Shown: one piece after another, positions 1 to 11,968 of the stretch
Layout of the letters: every line of letters begins with the position of its first letter
Numbering within the stretch: the stretch's first letter is position 1
Source of the DNA: Heptranchias perlo
Lineage: Eukaryota
NCBI RefSeq assembly: GCF_035084215.1
Contig: NW_027139268.1
Coordinates: forward strand, 124,001-188,000
Length of the DNA stretch: 64,000 nt
Direction of reading: 5' to 3'
Position numbers and translations under genes: made by a program
Notes under the pieces: generated by a model
The model's database searches: none
Seen by the model: only the letters and a program-made list of their open reading frames with translations
Told to the model about the DNA's origin: nothing

Positions 1-3000
1 TCCCCTCTCTCTGACTCTCCTCTCTCAGTGCCCTGTACTCCCAGTACTGGAGACTCTCCCACACTCACTCTGTCCCCCTCAGTTCTCCATTCCCCTCTCT
101 CTGACTCTCCTCTCTCAGTGCCCTGGACTCCCAGTACTGGAGACTCTCCCACACTCACTCTGTCCCCCTCAGTTCTCCATTCCCCTCTCTCTGACTCTCC
201 TCTCTCAGTGCCCTGTACTCCCAGTACTGGAGACTCTCCCACACTCACTCTGTCCCCTCAGTTCTCCATTCCCCTCTCTCTGACTCTCCTCTCTAAGTGC
301 CCTGTACTCCCAGTACTGGAGACTCTCCCACACTCACTCTGTCCCCCTCAGTTCTCCATTCCCCTCTCTCTGACTCTCCTCTCTCAGTGCCCTGTGCTCC
401 CAGTACTGGAGACTCTCCCACACTCACTCTGTCCCCTCAGTTCTCCATTCCCCTCTCTCTGACTCTCCTCTCTCAGTGCCCTGTACTCCCAGTACTGGAG
501 ACTCTCCCACACTCACTCTGTCCCCTCAGTTCTACATTCCCCTCTCTCTGACTCTCCTCTCTCAGTGCCCTGTACTCCCAGTACTGGAGACTCTCCCACA
601 CTCACTCTGTCCCCCTCAGTTCTCCATTCCCCTCTCTCTGACTCTCGTCTCTCAGTGCCCTGTACTCCCAGTACTGGAGACTCTCCCACACTCACTCTGT
701 CCCCCTCAGTTCTCCATTCCCCTCTCTCTGACTCTCCTCTCTCAGTGCCCTGTGCTCCCAGTACCGGAGACTCTCCCACACTCACTCTGTCCCCTCAGTT
801 CTCCATTCCCCTCTCTCTGACTCTCCTCTCTCAGTGCCCTGTACTCCCAGTACTGGAGACTCTCCCACACTCACTCTGTCCCCTCAGTTCTCCATTCCCC
901 TCTCTCTGACTCTCCTCTCTCAGTGCCCTGTACTCCCAGTACTGGAGACTCTCCCACACTCACTCTGTCCCCCTCAGTTCTCCATTCCCCTCTCTCTGAC
1001 TCTCCTCTCTCAGTGCCCTGTACTCCCAGTACTGGAGACTCTCCCACACTCACTCTGTCCCCCTCAGTTCTCCATTCCCCTCTCTCTGACTCTCCTCTCT
1101 CAGTGCCCTGTACTCCCAGTACTGGAGACTCTCCCACACTCACTCTGTCCCCTCAGTTCTCCATTCCCCTCTCTCTGACTCTCCTCTCTAAGTGCCCTGT
1201 ACTCCCAGTACTGGAGACTCTCCCACACTCACTCTGTCCCCCTCAGTTCTCCATTCCCCTCTCTCTGACTCTCCTCTCTCAGTGCCCTGTACTCCCAGTA
1301 CTGGAGACTCTCCCACACTCACTCTGTCCCCTCAGTTCTCCATTCCCCTCTCTCTGACTCTCCTCTCTCAGTGCCCTGTACTCCCAGTACTGGAGACTCT
1401 CCCACACTCACTCTGTCCCCTCAGTTCTCCATTCCCCTCTCTCTGACTCTCCTCTCTCAGTGCCCTGCACTCCCAGTACTGGAGACTCTCCCACACTCAC
1501 TCTGTCCCCCTCAGTTCTCCATTCCCCTCTCTCTGACTCTCCTCTCTCAGTGCCCTGTACTCCCAGTACTGGAGACTCTCCCACACTCACTCTGTCCCCT
1601 CAGTTCTCCATTCCCCTCTCTCTGACTCTCCTCTCTCAGTGCCCTGTACTCCCAGTACTGGAGACTCTCCCACACTCACTCTGTCCCCCTCAGTTCTCCA
1701 TTCCCCTCTCTCTGACTCTCCTCTCTCAGTGCCCTGTACTCCCAGTACTGGAGACTCTCCCACACTCACTCTGTCCCCTCAGTTCTCCATTCCCCTCTCT
1801 CTGACTCTCCTCTCTCAGTGCCCTGTACTCCCAGTACTGGAGACTCTCCCACACTCACTCTGTCCCCCTCAGTTCTCCATTCCCCTCTCTCTGACTCTCC
1901 TCTCTCAGTGCCCTGTACTCCCAGTACTGGAGACTCTCCCACACTCACTCTGTCCCCCTCAGTTCTCCATTCCCCTCTCTCTGACTCTCCTCTCTCAGTG
2001 CCCTGTACTCCCAGTACTGGAGACTCTCCCACACTCACTCTGTCCCCCTCAGTTCTCCATTCCCCTCTCTCTGACTCTCCTCTCTCAGTGCCCTGTGCTC
2101 CCAGTACTGGAGACTCTCCCACACTCACTCTGTCCCCTCAGTTCTCCATTCCCCTCTCTCTGACTCTCCTCTCTCAGTGCCCTGTACTCCCAGTACTGGA
2201 GACTCTCCCACACTCACTCTGTCCCCTCAGTTCTCCATTCCCCTCTCTCTGACTCTCCTCTCTCAGTGCCCTGTACTCCCAGTACTGGAGACTCTCCCAC
2301 ACTCACTCTGTCCCCCTCAGTTCTCCATTCCCCTCTCTCTGACTCTCCTCTCTCAGTGCCCTGGACTCCCAGTACTGGAGACTCTCCCACACTCACTCTG
2401 TCCCCCTCAGTTCTCCATTCCCCTCTCTCTGACTCTCCTCTCTCAGTGCCCTGTACTCCCAGTACTGGAGACTCTCCCACACTCACTCTGTCCCCTCAGT
2501 TCTCCATTCCCCTCTCTCTGACTCTCCTCTCTAAGTGCCCTGTACTCCCAGTACTGGAGACTCTCCCACACTCACTCTGTCCCCCTCAGTTCTCCATTCC
2601 CCTCTCTCTGACTCTCCTCTCTCAGTGCCCTGTACTCCCAGTACTGGAGACTCTCCCACACTCACTCTGTCCCCTCAGTTCTCCATTCCCCTCTCTCTGA
2701 CTCTCCTCTCTCAGTGCCCTGTACTCCCAGTACTGGAGACTCTCCCACACTCACTCTGTCCCCTCAGTTCTCCATTCCCCTCTCTCTGACTCTCCTCTCT
2801 CAGTGCCCTGCACTCCCAGTACTGGAGACTCTCCCACACTCACTCTGTCCCCCTCAGTTCTCCATTCCCCTCTCTCTGACTCTCCTCTCTCAGTGCCCTG
2901 TACTCCCAGTACTGGAGACTCTCCCACACTCACTCTGTCCCCTCAGTTCTCCATTCCCCTCTCTCTGACTCTCCTCTCTCAGTGCCCTGTACTCCCAGTA

Positions 3001-5658
3001 CTGGAGACTCTCCCACACTCACTCTGTCCCCCTCAGTTCTCCATTCCCCTCTCTCTGACTCTCCTCTCTCAGTGCCCTGTACTCCCAGTACTGGAGACTC
3101 TCCCACACTCACTCTGTCCCCTCAGTTCTCCATTCCCCTCTCTCTGACTCTCCTCTCTCAGTGCCCTGTACTCCCAGTACTGGAGACTCTCCCACACTCA
3201 CTCTGTCCCCCTCAGTTCTCCATTCCCCTCTCTCTGACTCTCCTCTCTCAGTGCCCTGTACTCCCAGTACTGGAGACTCTCCCACACTCACTCTGTCCCC
3301 CTCAGTTCTCCATTCCCCTCTCTCTGACTCTCCTCTCTCAGTGCCCTGTACTCCCAGTACTGGAGACTCTCCCACACTCACTCTGTCCCCCTCAGTTCTC
3401 CATTCCCCTCTCTCTGACTCTCCTCTCTCAGTGCCCTGTGCTCCCAGTACTGGAGACTCTCCCACACTCACTCTGTCCCCTCAGTTCTCCATTCCCCTCT
3501 CTCTGACTCTCCTCTCTCAGTGCCCTGTACTCCCAGTACTGGAGACTCTCCCACACTCACTCTGTCCCCTCAGTTCTACATTCCCCTCTCTCTGACTCTC
3601 CTCTCTCAGTGCCCTGTACTCCCAGTACTGGAGACTCTCCCACACTCACTCTGTCCCCCTCAGTTCTCCATTCCCCTCTCTCTGACTCTCCTCTCTCAGT
3701 GCCCTGTACTCCCAGTACTGGAGACTCTCCCACACTCACTCTGTCCCCCTCAGTTCTCCATTCCCCTCTCTCTGACTCTCCTCTCTCAGTGCCCTGTACT
3801 CCCAGTACTGGAGACTCTCCCACACTCACTCTGTCCCCTCAGTTCTCCATTCCCCTCTCTCTGACTCTCCTCTCTAAGTGCCCTGTACTCCCAGTACTGG
3901 AGACTCTCCCACACTCACTCTGTCCCCCTCAGTTCTCCATTCCCCTCTCTCTGACTCTCCTCTCTCAGTGCCCTGTACTCCCAGTACTGGAGACTCTCCC
4001 ACACTCACTCTGTCCCCTCAGTTCTCCATTCCCCTCTCTCTGACTCTCCTCTCTCAGTGCCCTGTACTCCCAGTACTGGAGACTCTCCCACACTCACTCT
4101 GTCCCCTCAGTTCTCCATTCCCCTCTCTCTGACTCTCCTCTCTCAGTGCCCTGCACTCCCAGTACTGGAGACTCTCCCACACTCACTCTGTCCCCCTCAG
4201 TTCTCCATTCCCCTCTCTCTGACTCTCCTCTCTCAGTGCCCTGTACTCCCAGTACTGGAGACTCTCCCACACTCACTCTGTCCCCTCAGTTCTCCATTCC
4301 CCTCTCTCTGACTCTCCTCTCTCAGTGCCCTGTACTCCCAGTACTGGAGACTCTCCCACACTCACTCTGTCCCCCTCAGTTCTCCATTCCCCTCTCTCTG
4401 ACTCTCCTCTCTCAGTGCCCTGTGCTCCCAGTACTGGAGACTCTCCCACACTCTATCTGTCCCCCTCAGTTCTCCATTCCCCTCTCTCTGACTCTCCTCT
4501 CTCAGTGCCCTGTACTCCCAGTACTGGAGACTCTCCCACACTCACTCTGTCCCCTCAGTTCTCCATTCCCCTCTCTCTGACTCTCCTCTCTCAGTGCCCT
4601 GTACTCCCAGTACTGGAGACTCTCCCACACTCACTCTGTCCCCTCAGTTCTCCATTCCCCTCTCTCTGACTCTCCTCTCTCAGTGCCCTGTACTCCCAGT
4701 ACTGGAGACTCTCCCACACTCACTCTGTCCCCCTCAGTTCTCCATTCCCCTCTCTCTGACTCTCCTCTCTCAGTGCCCTGTACTCCCAGTACTGGAGACT
4801 CTCCCACACTCACTCTGTCCCCCTCAGTTCTCCATTCCCCTCTCTCTGACTCTCCTCTCTCAGTGCCCTGTACTCCCAGTACTGGAGACTCTCCCACACT
4901 CACTCTGTCCCCCTCAGTTCTCCATTCCCCTCTCTCTGACTCTCCTCTCTCAGTGCCCTGTACTCCCAGTACTGGAGACTCTCCCACACTCACTCTGTCC
5001 CCCTCAGTTCTCCATTCCCCTCTCTCTGACTCTCCTCTCTCAGTGCCCTGTACTCCCAGTACTGGAGACTCTCCCACACTCACTCTGTCCCCCTCAGTTC
5101 TCCATTCCCCTCTCTCTGACTCTCCTCTCTCAGTGCCCTGTACTCCCAGTACTGGAGACTCTCCCACACTCACTCTGTCCCCCTCAGTTCTCCATTCCCC
5201 TCTCTCTGACTCTCCTCTCTCAGTGCCCTGTACTCCCAGTACTGGAGACTCTCCCACACTCACTCTGTCCCCCTCAGTTCTCCATTCCCCTCTCTCTGAC
5301 TCTCCCCTCTCAGTGCCCTGTACTCCCAGTACTGGAGACTCTCCCACACTCACTCTGTCCCCCTCAGTTCTCCATTCCCCTCTCTCTGACTCTCCCCTCT
5401 CAGTGCCCTGTACTCCCAGTACTGGAGACTCTCCCACACTCACTCTGTCCCCCTCAGTTCTCCATTCCCCTCTCTCTGACTCTCCCCTCTCAGTGCCCTG
5501 TACTCCCAGTACTGGAGACTCTCCCACACTCACTCTGTCCCCCTCAGTTCTCCATTCCCCTCTCTCTGACTCTCCTCTCTCAGTGCCCTGTACTCCCAGT
5601 ACTGGAGACTCTCCCACACTCACTCTGTCCCCTCAGTTCTCCATTCCCCTCTCTCTGA
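1..5658. repeat. 89/90-bp minisatellite array (about 63 copies in window) in the intron after the MHC TM exon
   Basis: Unit CAGTGCCCTGTACTCCCAGTACTGGAGACTCTCCCACACTCACTCTGTCCCC(C)TCAGTTCTCCATTCCCCTCTCTCTGACTCTCCTCTCT, nearly invariant; runs off the left edge. Confidence 0.99.
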
Positions 5659-5665
5659 TTCTTAC

Positions 5666-5779
5666 CTCTCCGTTGTCTTTTCCAGATGACTATTCCGATT
5701 ATCACCACTATAACAGCCAGCGCCGCAATCACTGATCCGATAATAATTCCCAGATTGGATTCCCTGTTTTCCGGTCTTT
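5666..5779 (-). CDS. MHC class I-like heavy chain, exon 5 (connecting peptide, transmembrane, basic stop-transfer)
   Basis: Acceptor tgtttcag|AA and donor AG|GTAAG; 114 nt. Encodes ERPENRESNLGIIIGSVIAALAVIVVIIGIVIWKRQRR. Confidence 0.93.
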
Positions 5780-5851
5780 CTGAAACACATTTCAATAATA
5801 TCAGGATTGTTTCTCTCTGTTCCAGGAACCATTCCCAGTTCTGTGTTGATT

Positions 5852-6336
5852 GGGGGAAATTTTAACCTAACCCACCCGTGGGGAAACTGACGAGATCGGG
5901 TGTAACGCTGGTTTTACTCCCCGCCCCGATTTTACTGCCCATTGAAGTCAGTGGTCAGTATTATTGGTCAGAATCCAGCCCATCCCATGGGTCTCCCGCC
6001 CGGTGAGTCAGGTTAACATTCCCCCCGATGTCTGTGTGTCTTTTCCTTGTCCCATCCCCAGGGTTACATTGTACAGTCCAGGAGTCAGCCTCACTGATGG
6101 TTCTCACAGATCGGTTTCTATTCTCTCTATTTATATCTTATTTCTTGACGGCAAATCATGTTTCACCAACCACAACCCGGCTTTATTTCCGGGTTTAACA
6201 TCGGTGTGTAAAAAGTCCAGGCTTCCCACTGGGAATGCAAAGTCTGAAAAATTTGCGTTCGCAACCCAAATAAACAATTATTTTCAACTCCCACCCGCCC
6301 CCAACCCACCCGTTGTTGGGGGTTAAAATCACCCCC
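5852..6336. mobile_element. Putative non-autonomous DNA transposon (Harbinger-like MITE)
   Basis: Terminal inverted repeats GGGGGAAATTTTAACC and GGTTAAAATCACCCCC (14/16 match), similar to the terminus at 18231. No TSD recognised. Confidence 0.55.
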
Positions 6337-6399
6337 AGAGAGTGGGGATAAAGGGAATGTGCTCTGATTGGTGGGATGTGAGAAGTGGTGTTCCCCAGG

Positions 6400-7130
6400 G
6401 ATCTGGACTGGGGCCTCAGCTTTTCACCATATTTATCAATGATTGGATGACGGAACAGAGTGAGTTGTATATCCAAGTTTGGAGATGACACTCAGTTAGG
6501 GGACACAGTAAAGGGACACAGACAGATTAAATGAGTGGGCAAAACTATGGCAGGTGGAGTTCAATGTGAGTCTTCGTCAGACTCCAACTGGAGAATTGTG
6601 TTCAGTTCTGGGAATCGCACCTTATGAAAGATATATTGTCCTTGGAGGGGATACAGTGCAGATTCACCAGACTGATACCGGGGCTTAGAGGGTTAAATTC
6701 TGAGGACAGGTTACAGAAACTTGGCTTGTGTTCCCTGGAATATAGAAGGGTGAGGGGTGATCTGAATGAGGTGTTTAAAATGATAAAGGGATTCGATAGG
6801 GTGGAGTCAGAGAAACTATTTTCTCTGGTGGGGAATCCAGAACGAGGGGTCACAATCTTAAAATTAGAGCCAGGCCATTTAGGAGTGAAATCAGAAAGCA
6901 CTTTTTCCACACAAAGGGGAGTGGAAATCAGGAAATCTCTCCCCAAAAGGCTGTGGGTGCTGGGAACAACTGAAAATTTCAAGACTGAGATCGATAGATG
7001 TTTGTGGGGTAAGGGAATCAAGGGATATGGATCAAAGGAGGGGAAATGGAGGAGAGGTGCAGATCAGTCATGGTCTCATTGAATGGCAGAACAGACTCAA
7101 GGGGCTGAATGGCCTACTCCTGTTCCTCTG
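6400..7130 (+). mobile_element. CR1 LINE 3' fragment (RT C-terminus and 3' UTR)
   Basis: CVQFW...KDILSLEGIQCRFTRLIPGL...RGDLNEVFKMIKG, with 3' end GGCTGAATGGCCTACTCCTGTTCCT. Confidence 0.9.
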
Positions 7131-7197
7131 TTTCATAAACACACAATGCCAGCCTTTCATATCTGTCATAATCAATATCTCACATGGACATTATCTG

Positions 7198-7285
7198 ACT
7201 CCCTCTTACACACACACCCTCTTACACACACACACACACACCCTCTTACACACACACACACACCCACACACTCCCTCTTACACAC
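7198..7285. repeat. Compound (CA)n microsatellite next to the alpha3 donor
   Basis: CCCTCTTACACACAC repeats. Confidence 0.85.
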
Positions 7286-7304
7286 TTCCAGTGCAGTTCC
7301 TTAC

Positions 7305-7583
7305 CCCACTGATAGACCTTTGCCTCTGCCAGGCTGCTGTGTTCAATTTGACAGGAGTATTGATCCTCATCCCCAGCATTTACTTCAATCTCTTTCTTGA
7401 TCTGATGGGTCCCATCGTGGTTCGGTCGAACCCCCGAGGATTGGCTCTCAGACACTCGCTCACCATTCCTTAGCCAGGTCACCTCGATGTTTACAGGGTA
7501 AAATCCAGTAACCAGGCAGGAGAGAGTGGGCGGGTTGTACTGATTATTGGGGTCACTTCTGGAGATGAATACTTCAGGCTGAA
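7305..7583 (-). CDS. MHC class I-like heavy chain, exon 4 (alpha3, C1-set Ig domain, 93 aa)
   Basis: Acceptor cctttcag|TT and donor G|GTAAG. Motifs LSCLVTGFYP, VTWLRNG, RPNHDGTHQ and YSCQIEHSSL. The intron to alpha2 is 116 bp. Confidence 0.97.
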
Positions 7584-7699
7584 CTGAAAGGGGAAAAGGA
7601 GGAAACACAAACAATAGAGAGACAGAGAATGGAATGGGATAACGGTTTCATAGATCAGAAAGTTCAATCAGAAAATGGGATAAAAACTGAAATCAATAC

Positions 7700-7975
7700 C
7701 TTTCTTTTCAAAATATTCCTTTCCAAAGTGTAAACGGGATTTTAAACGCTCAACAAGTTCTTCTTCCAAGTGCCATTTCCAATGCTTGTTCCAGGAATCA
7801 TCAGCATCCCATTTCTCCTTGGTCTTCACTGCAAGGTGATTGGTTGCGACCCATCTCATTCTGTCTGGCTCTAAACTAATATAATCCTTTCCGTCATATG
7901 CAACACTCATCGATCTCTTAATGGAGCCGTCTTCAGTGATCTCAACATTCCTTATCAATTGCAAAATGTGAATTC
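7700..7975 (-). CDS. MHC class I-like heavy chain, exon 3 (alpha2 domain, 92 aa, cysteine-free)
   Basis: Acceptor gacag|GA and donor G|GTATT; 276 nt. GIHILQ...AYDGKDYISL...W...TKEKWD...LEEELVERLKSRLHFG aligns to class I alpha2 (H93, Q96, YDGxDY, T143/K146/W147). Confidence 0.95.
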
Positions 7976-8035
7976 CTGTCAGTGACCAACCAGAAATCAA
8001 TAATCAATCATGAATGGAAAATGTCCCTTTATTGA

Positions 8036-9227
8036 GCACAGAGCTTGGTGAGAGTTGGTGAATCTGTTAAACAGAGTGACGATGGGAATTTGGTGAGAGT
8101 GGGAATTCGATGCAGATGGGGGAAGGAAGTGCGAAGTAATTTAAACCAAGTGGTAACAGTAAATAAGTAAAAACATTAAATCTCGGGAGAAAAAAATAAA
8201 ATTAATTATGTAGAGGATACCAACATTAAAGGGATCTAAATTGCATTGAATAAAAATCTGGTATACATAATTAATAAACAGGAGTAAGGGGATACTAAAC
8301 TAAAAAAATATATGTATATAAAACATAAGATATATATATCTATCTTATATTGTAAATAGACTTTTAAGTAAAATGATGGAACAGCTGAGACCCGTTGCCT
8401 ATAATACTGTGCCATGAAGCTCCTGAATTCCTCAAGTTTCCTGGACAATCACGTGTGCAGGAAGTGCCTCCAGTTGCTCAAACTCGAGCTCAGGGTTACG
8501 GGAGGCTGAGAATTTCCTGGAGCGTACGTTCCAGGAGGCGGTCATCCCGCAGCTGCAGAGAGTTCAGGAGGAGAGTAAGCGGGTGGCCATCTGGCAGGTT
8601 AGGAAGAGGCAGGCAGTGCAGGAATCCTCCGGGAGTGTGGCCACTCTCAAACCTGTTTTCAGTGGTGAATACTGGTGAGGGTGATGACACCTCGGGGGAA
8701 TACAGTCTTGAGCAAATCCACGACACCGTGGGGCAGAGGACTGCACGGTGCACAGGGGCAGAGCGGAGTGTTGAAATGCAGTGGTCATAGGGGATTCGAT
8801 AGTCAGGGGAATAGACAGGCATTTCTGCAACCGCCAACATGCGTTCCCACAGGGTGATTTAATAGAGGTGTTCAAAATCATGAAGGGTTTTGACAGATTA
8901 GAAGGAGAAACTGTTTCCAGTGGGGTCGGTAACCAGAGGACACAGATTTAAGGTGATTGGCAAAAGAACCGGAGGCAACATGAGGAAAAAATTTTTTACG
9001 CAGCGAGTTGTTCTGATCTGGAATTCACTGCCTGAAAGGGCAGTGGAAGCAAATTCAATAATAACTTTCAAAAGGGAATTGGATAAATATTTGAAGAGGA
9101 AAGATTTACAGGGCTACGGGGAAAGAGCAGGGGAGTGGAACTAATTGGAGAGCTCTTTCAAAGAGCCGGCTCAGACATGATGGGCTGAATGGCCTCCTTC
9201 TGTACTGTATCATTCTCTGATTCTATG
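8036..9227 (+). mobile_element. Internally deleted CR1 LINE (5' region and ORF1 fused to 3' end)
   Basis: CRKCLQLLKLELRV (about 8455) and the esterase-type motif VVIGDSIVRGIDRHFC (about 8780-8830) join at about 8851 to GDLIEVFKIMKG...TRGHRFKV and the CR1 tail ATTCTATG. Confidence 0.8.
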
Positions 9228-9496
9228 AAATTGCACCTGAAAATGGGCTCACATGAAGCAGGGATCGCATTGCATGTGCGTGTATACACAGACCCAGGGG
9301 CCACGTGAAATTGGTGCTGGCGCCTCATTAGAATCAGACATGGTGTGCAGAGATTTTCATTGGCTGTGTGCCTGTATGGGCGGGAGGGGGGCGGGAAATT
9401 GGGCTTCACCAATGCCACTTAAAGGCAGCCAGCACCTGTTAAAGGGGAGGTGCACTCTGCCTGCAGACAACAGAAAAACTGCCGAAATTGTAAAAG

Positions 9497-11170
9497 GTGG
9501 CTGCAAGAGATCTAGGCAGAGCACGGAGGGTCTCCAAATTTGCACTGGAGGTCCTGGTCCTGATGGTGTCGAGGAGGAAGGATGTTCTGTTCCCCTCAGG
9601 GTGCAGAAAGCCCTCCAGGCAACACCTCCGCTGCCAGTGGGAAGGAGTCGCTGAGGAGGTCACTGGCAAAAGAAGTTCAATGACCTCACCAGAGATGTCA
9701 AGGTAAGAACACAGCTCGCTTACTCTCTGCTCAGACCTCCAGTCTCACTGCTCACAATACTTCCCCTCCCCCACTTACCTTCACTCTCTTACAATCACTG
9801 CACCACACTTCACTCCATCTCCTTCTCCTCATTCTCACCCTTACGCCCCCACACCTCACATCTCACACACTGCATACACACTATTCCACCATGACAGGCA
9901 CATTCTCTAAACACCTCACAAGGATGTCACTAACACCCTCCCTTCATTCTAGCAGGAGAGGGTCACCACAACTTGGGGCAGGATGCCACCTACACCCCCT
10001 CTTCCCCGTGGAACAAAGTGTGCTGGTCACCATGGGCTGGGGAACAGTCATGGCTGTGGTGAGTGGCGACACTGGAGGAGACATTGCTAATCCTCTTTAT
10101 CTCTTCTTACTTCTCTCACCCCACACACTCTGCTGACAAGCTGCATGTGTTTTCACCACCCACTCCTCTCTCTGCTCTCCCTTCAGACCAAAAGCTAACC
10201 CTTGTCTCATTTCAGGTGCTAACAATGTGGACAACCCCTCTGCCACTTCAGGAAAAGGAGGCCAGCCTCCCTTGAAGATGCATCGTCACTCGATCTGACC
10301 CTAGGAAGCTCAGAGTCGGGTACCACCCGTACTTTAGAGGCTAGGCTAGAGGAGGGGTCTTCGCCTGGTGACTCACCGGACACTAGTGCGCAGGATCCAG
10401 GGGAGGGGGTGAGGACGCCAGCTCACCAGAGGGCGCGATCACATACCAGCTCTGCTGCATGGGGCTCAGAGGCTAACTTTGAGGGCCCAGGCTACTGAAA
10501 GCTGATGGGCGTTTGCCAGGAAATGCTAGGTGCACTGGGGAGCAAGCCAGCAGGCTTGGGCACAATGAATAAGAGCTTGGAGAAGACCAGATCCAACTCG
10601 TGTTGGAGCTTCACGGAGAGCATGGAGACCATTCTGTCCAACATGGACCAAGCGGTCAGATCTATGAACACAACAGTGGCGCACATCATGATGGAGCCTC
10701 TACTGGCGGCTCAGACCGCTGTCATGGAAACTCAGACCGCTGTCATGGAAACTCAGACCGCTGTCATGGAAACTCATACTGCTACCATCTTGGCTCTGGG
10801 GGCCAGTGTTGAAAGGGGGTTCCAGAGTGCCCCATCACTCCAGCACTCTGTTCTCGAGTATCTGTAGGAGTGCTGAGCCCCAGTCCCAGAGTGGCCTTGG
10901 CTCCATGTGAGAGGCACTTGCTCTCCTCTCTCAGGATGACAATGTGCCTGCTCCCCCACCACCCACTCCGCCAGTGCCCTTGTTAGTGCCACTCAGCCCA
11001 GGCCCAGACTGCCCCGGCCCGCACCGAGAGGCTGCAGTCTACAACCGGGCCCTGAAGGCCCAGAGCAGCTCGACATCGCCCACCACCACCATCTGTAGTG
11101 TCCTCAATGGAAGCTCAGCAGCCTCCAACTCCCAAACTCCAGCACACTGGGGAAACACCTCGTAGCAGCA
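9497..11170 (+). pseudogene. Harbinger Myb/SANT-like DNA-binding gene remnant
   Basis: LEVLV..VSRRKDVLFP...WEGVAEEV, then frameshifted KKFNDLTR..K|gtaag (about 9702). Downstream exons are coiled-coil-like. Confidence 0.75.
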
Positions 11171-11389
11171 TTAGGATTGGGAAAGGAGCTCACAAGACCA
11201 GCAATAAGGGCTGGCACAAGGGAGATACGTATTATTCCTATTAAATATTAGACACAGGTGGAACAGAGTTAGATCATTCGTTTCTTGTTCTGGATTTGGT
11301 TTGGTGTTAATATTTGCAGTGAAGTGAGGGCAAGATCTACAAGGATGAACTGAAGAAACGCAATCAGATGGCGGTGACATTTAAAAATT

Positions 11390-11968
11390 AATTCTGGGGA
11401 TGTGGGCGTCGCTGGCGAGGCCGGCATTTATTGCCCATCCCTAATTGCCCTTCAGGAGGTGGTGATGAGCCGCCTTCTTGAACCGCTGCAGTCCGTGTGG
11501 TGAAGGTTCTCCCACTGTGCTGTTAGGAAGGGAGATTCAGGATTTTGACCCAGCGACAATGAAGGAACGGCGATATATTTCCAAGTCGGGATGGTGTGTG
11601 ACTTGGAGGGGAACGTGCAGGTGGTGTTGTTCCCATGTGCCTGCTGCCCTTGCCCGTGTGGTAGAGGTCGCGGGTTTGGGAGGTGCTGTCGAAGAAGCCT
11701 TGGCGAGTTGCTGCAGTGCATCCTGTGGATGGTACACACTGCAGCCACGGTGCACCGGTGGTGAAGGGAGTGAATGTTTAGGGTGGTGGATGGGGTGCCA
11801 GTCAAGCGGGCTGCTTTGTCCTGGATGGTGTCGAGCTTCTCAAGTATTGCTGCAGCTGCTCCATCCAGGCAAGTGGAGAGTATTCCATCACACTCCTGAC
11901 TTGTGCCTTGTAGATGGTGGAAAGGCTTTGGGGAGTCAGGAGGTGAGTCACTCACCGCAGAATACCTG
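11390..11968 (-). mobile_element. CR1/L2-group LINE 3' end
   Basis: LDTIQDKAARL...HSLHHR; same family as 13505-14035, 47880-48046 and 48899-49626. Confidence 0.85.

Noticed and set aside
28-5658. Many repetitive ORFs (PCTPSTGDSPT... and VSVGESPVLG...)
   Set aside because: These are translations of the 89/90-bp array. Frequent 89-bp units shift the frame, so there is no coding constraint.
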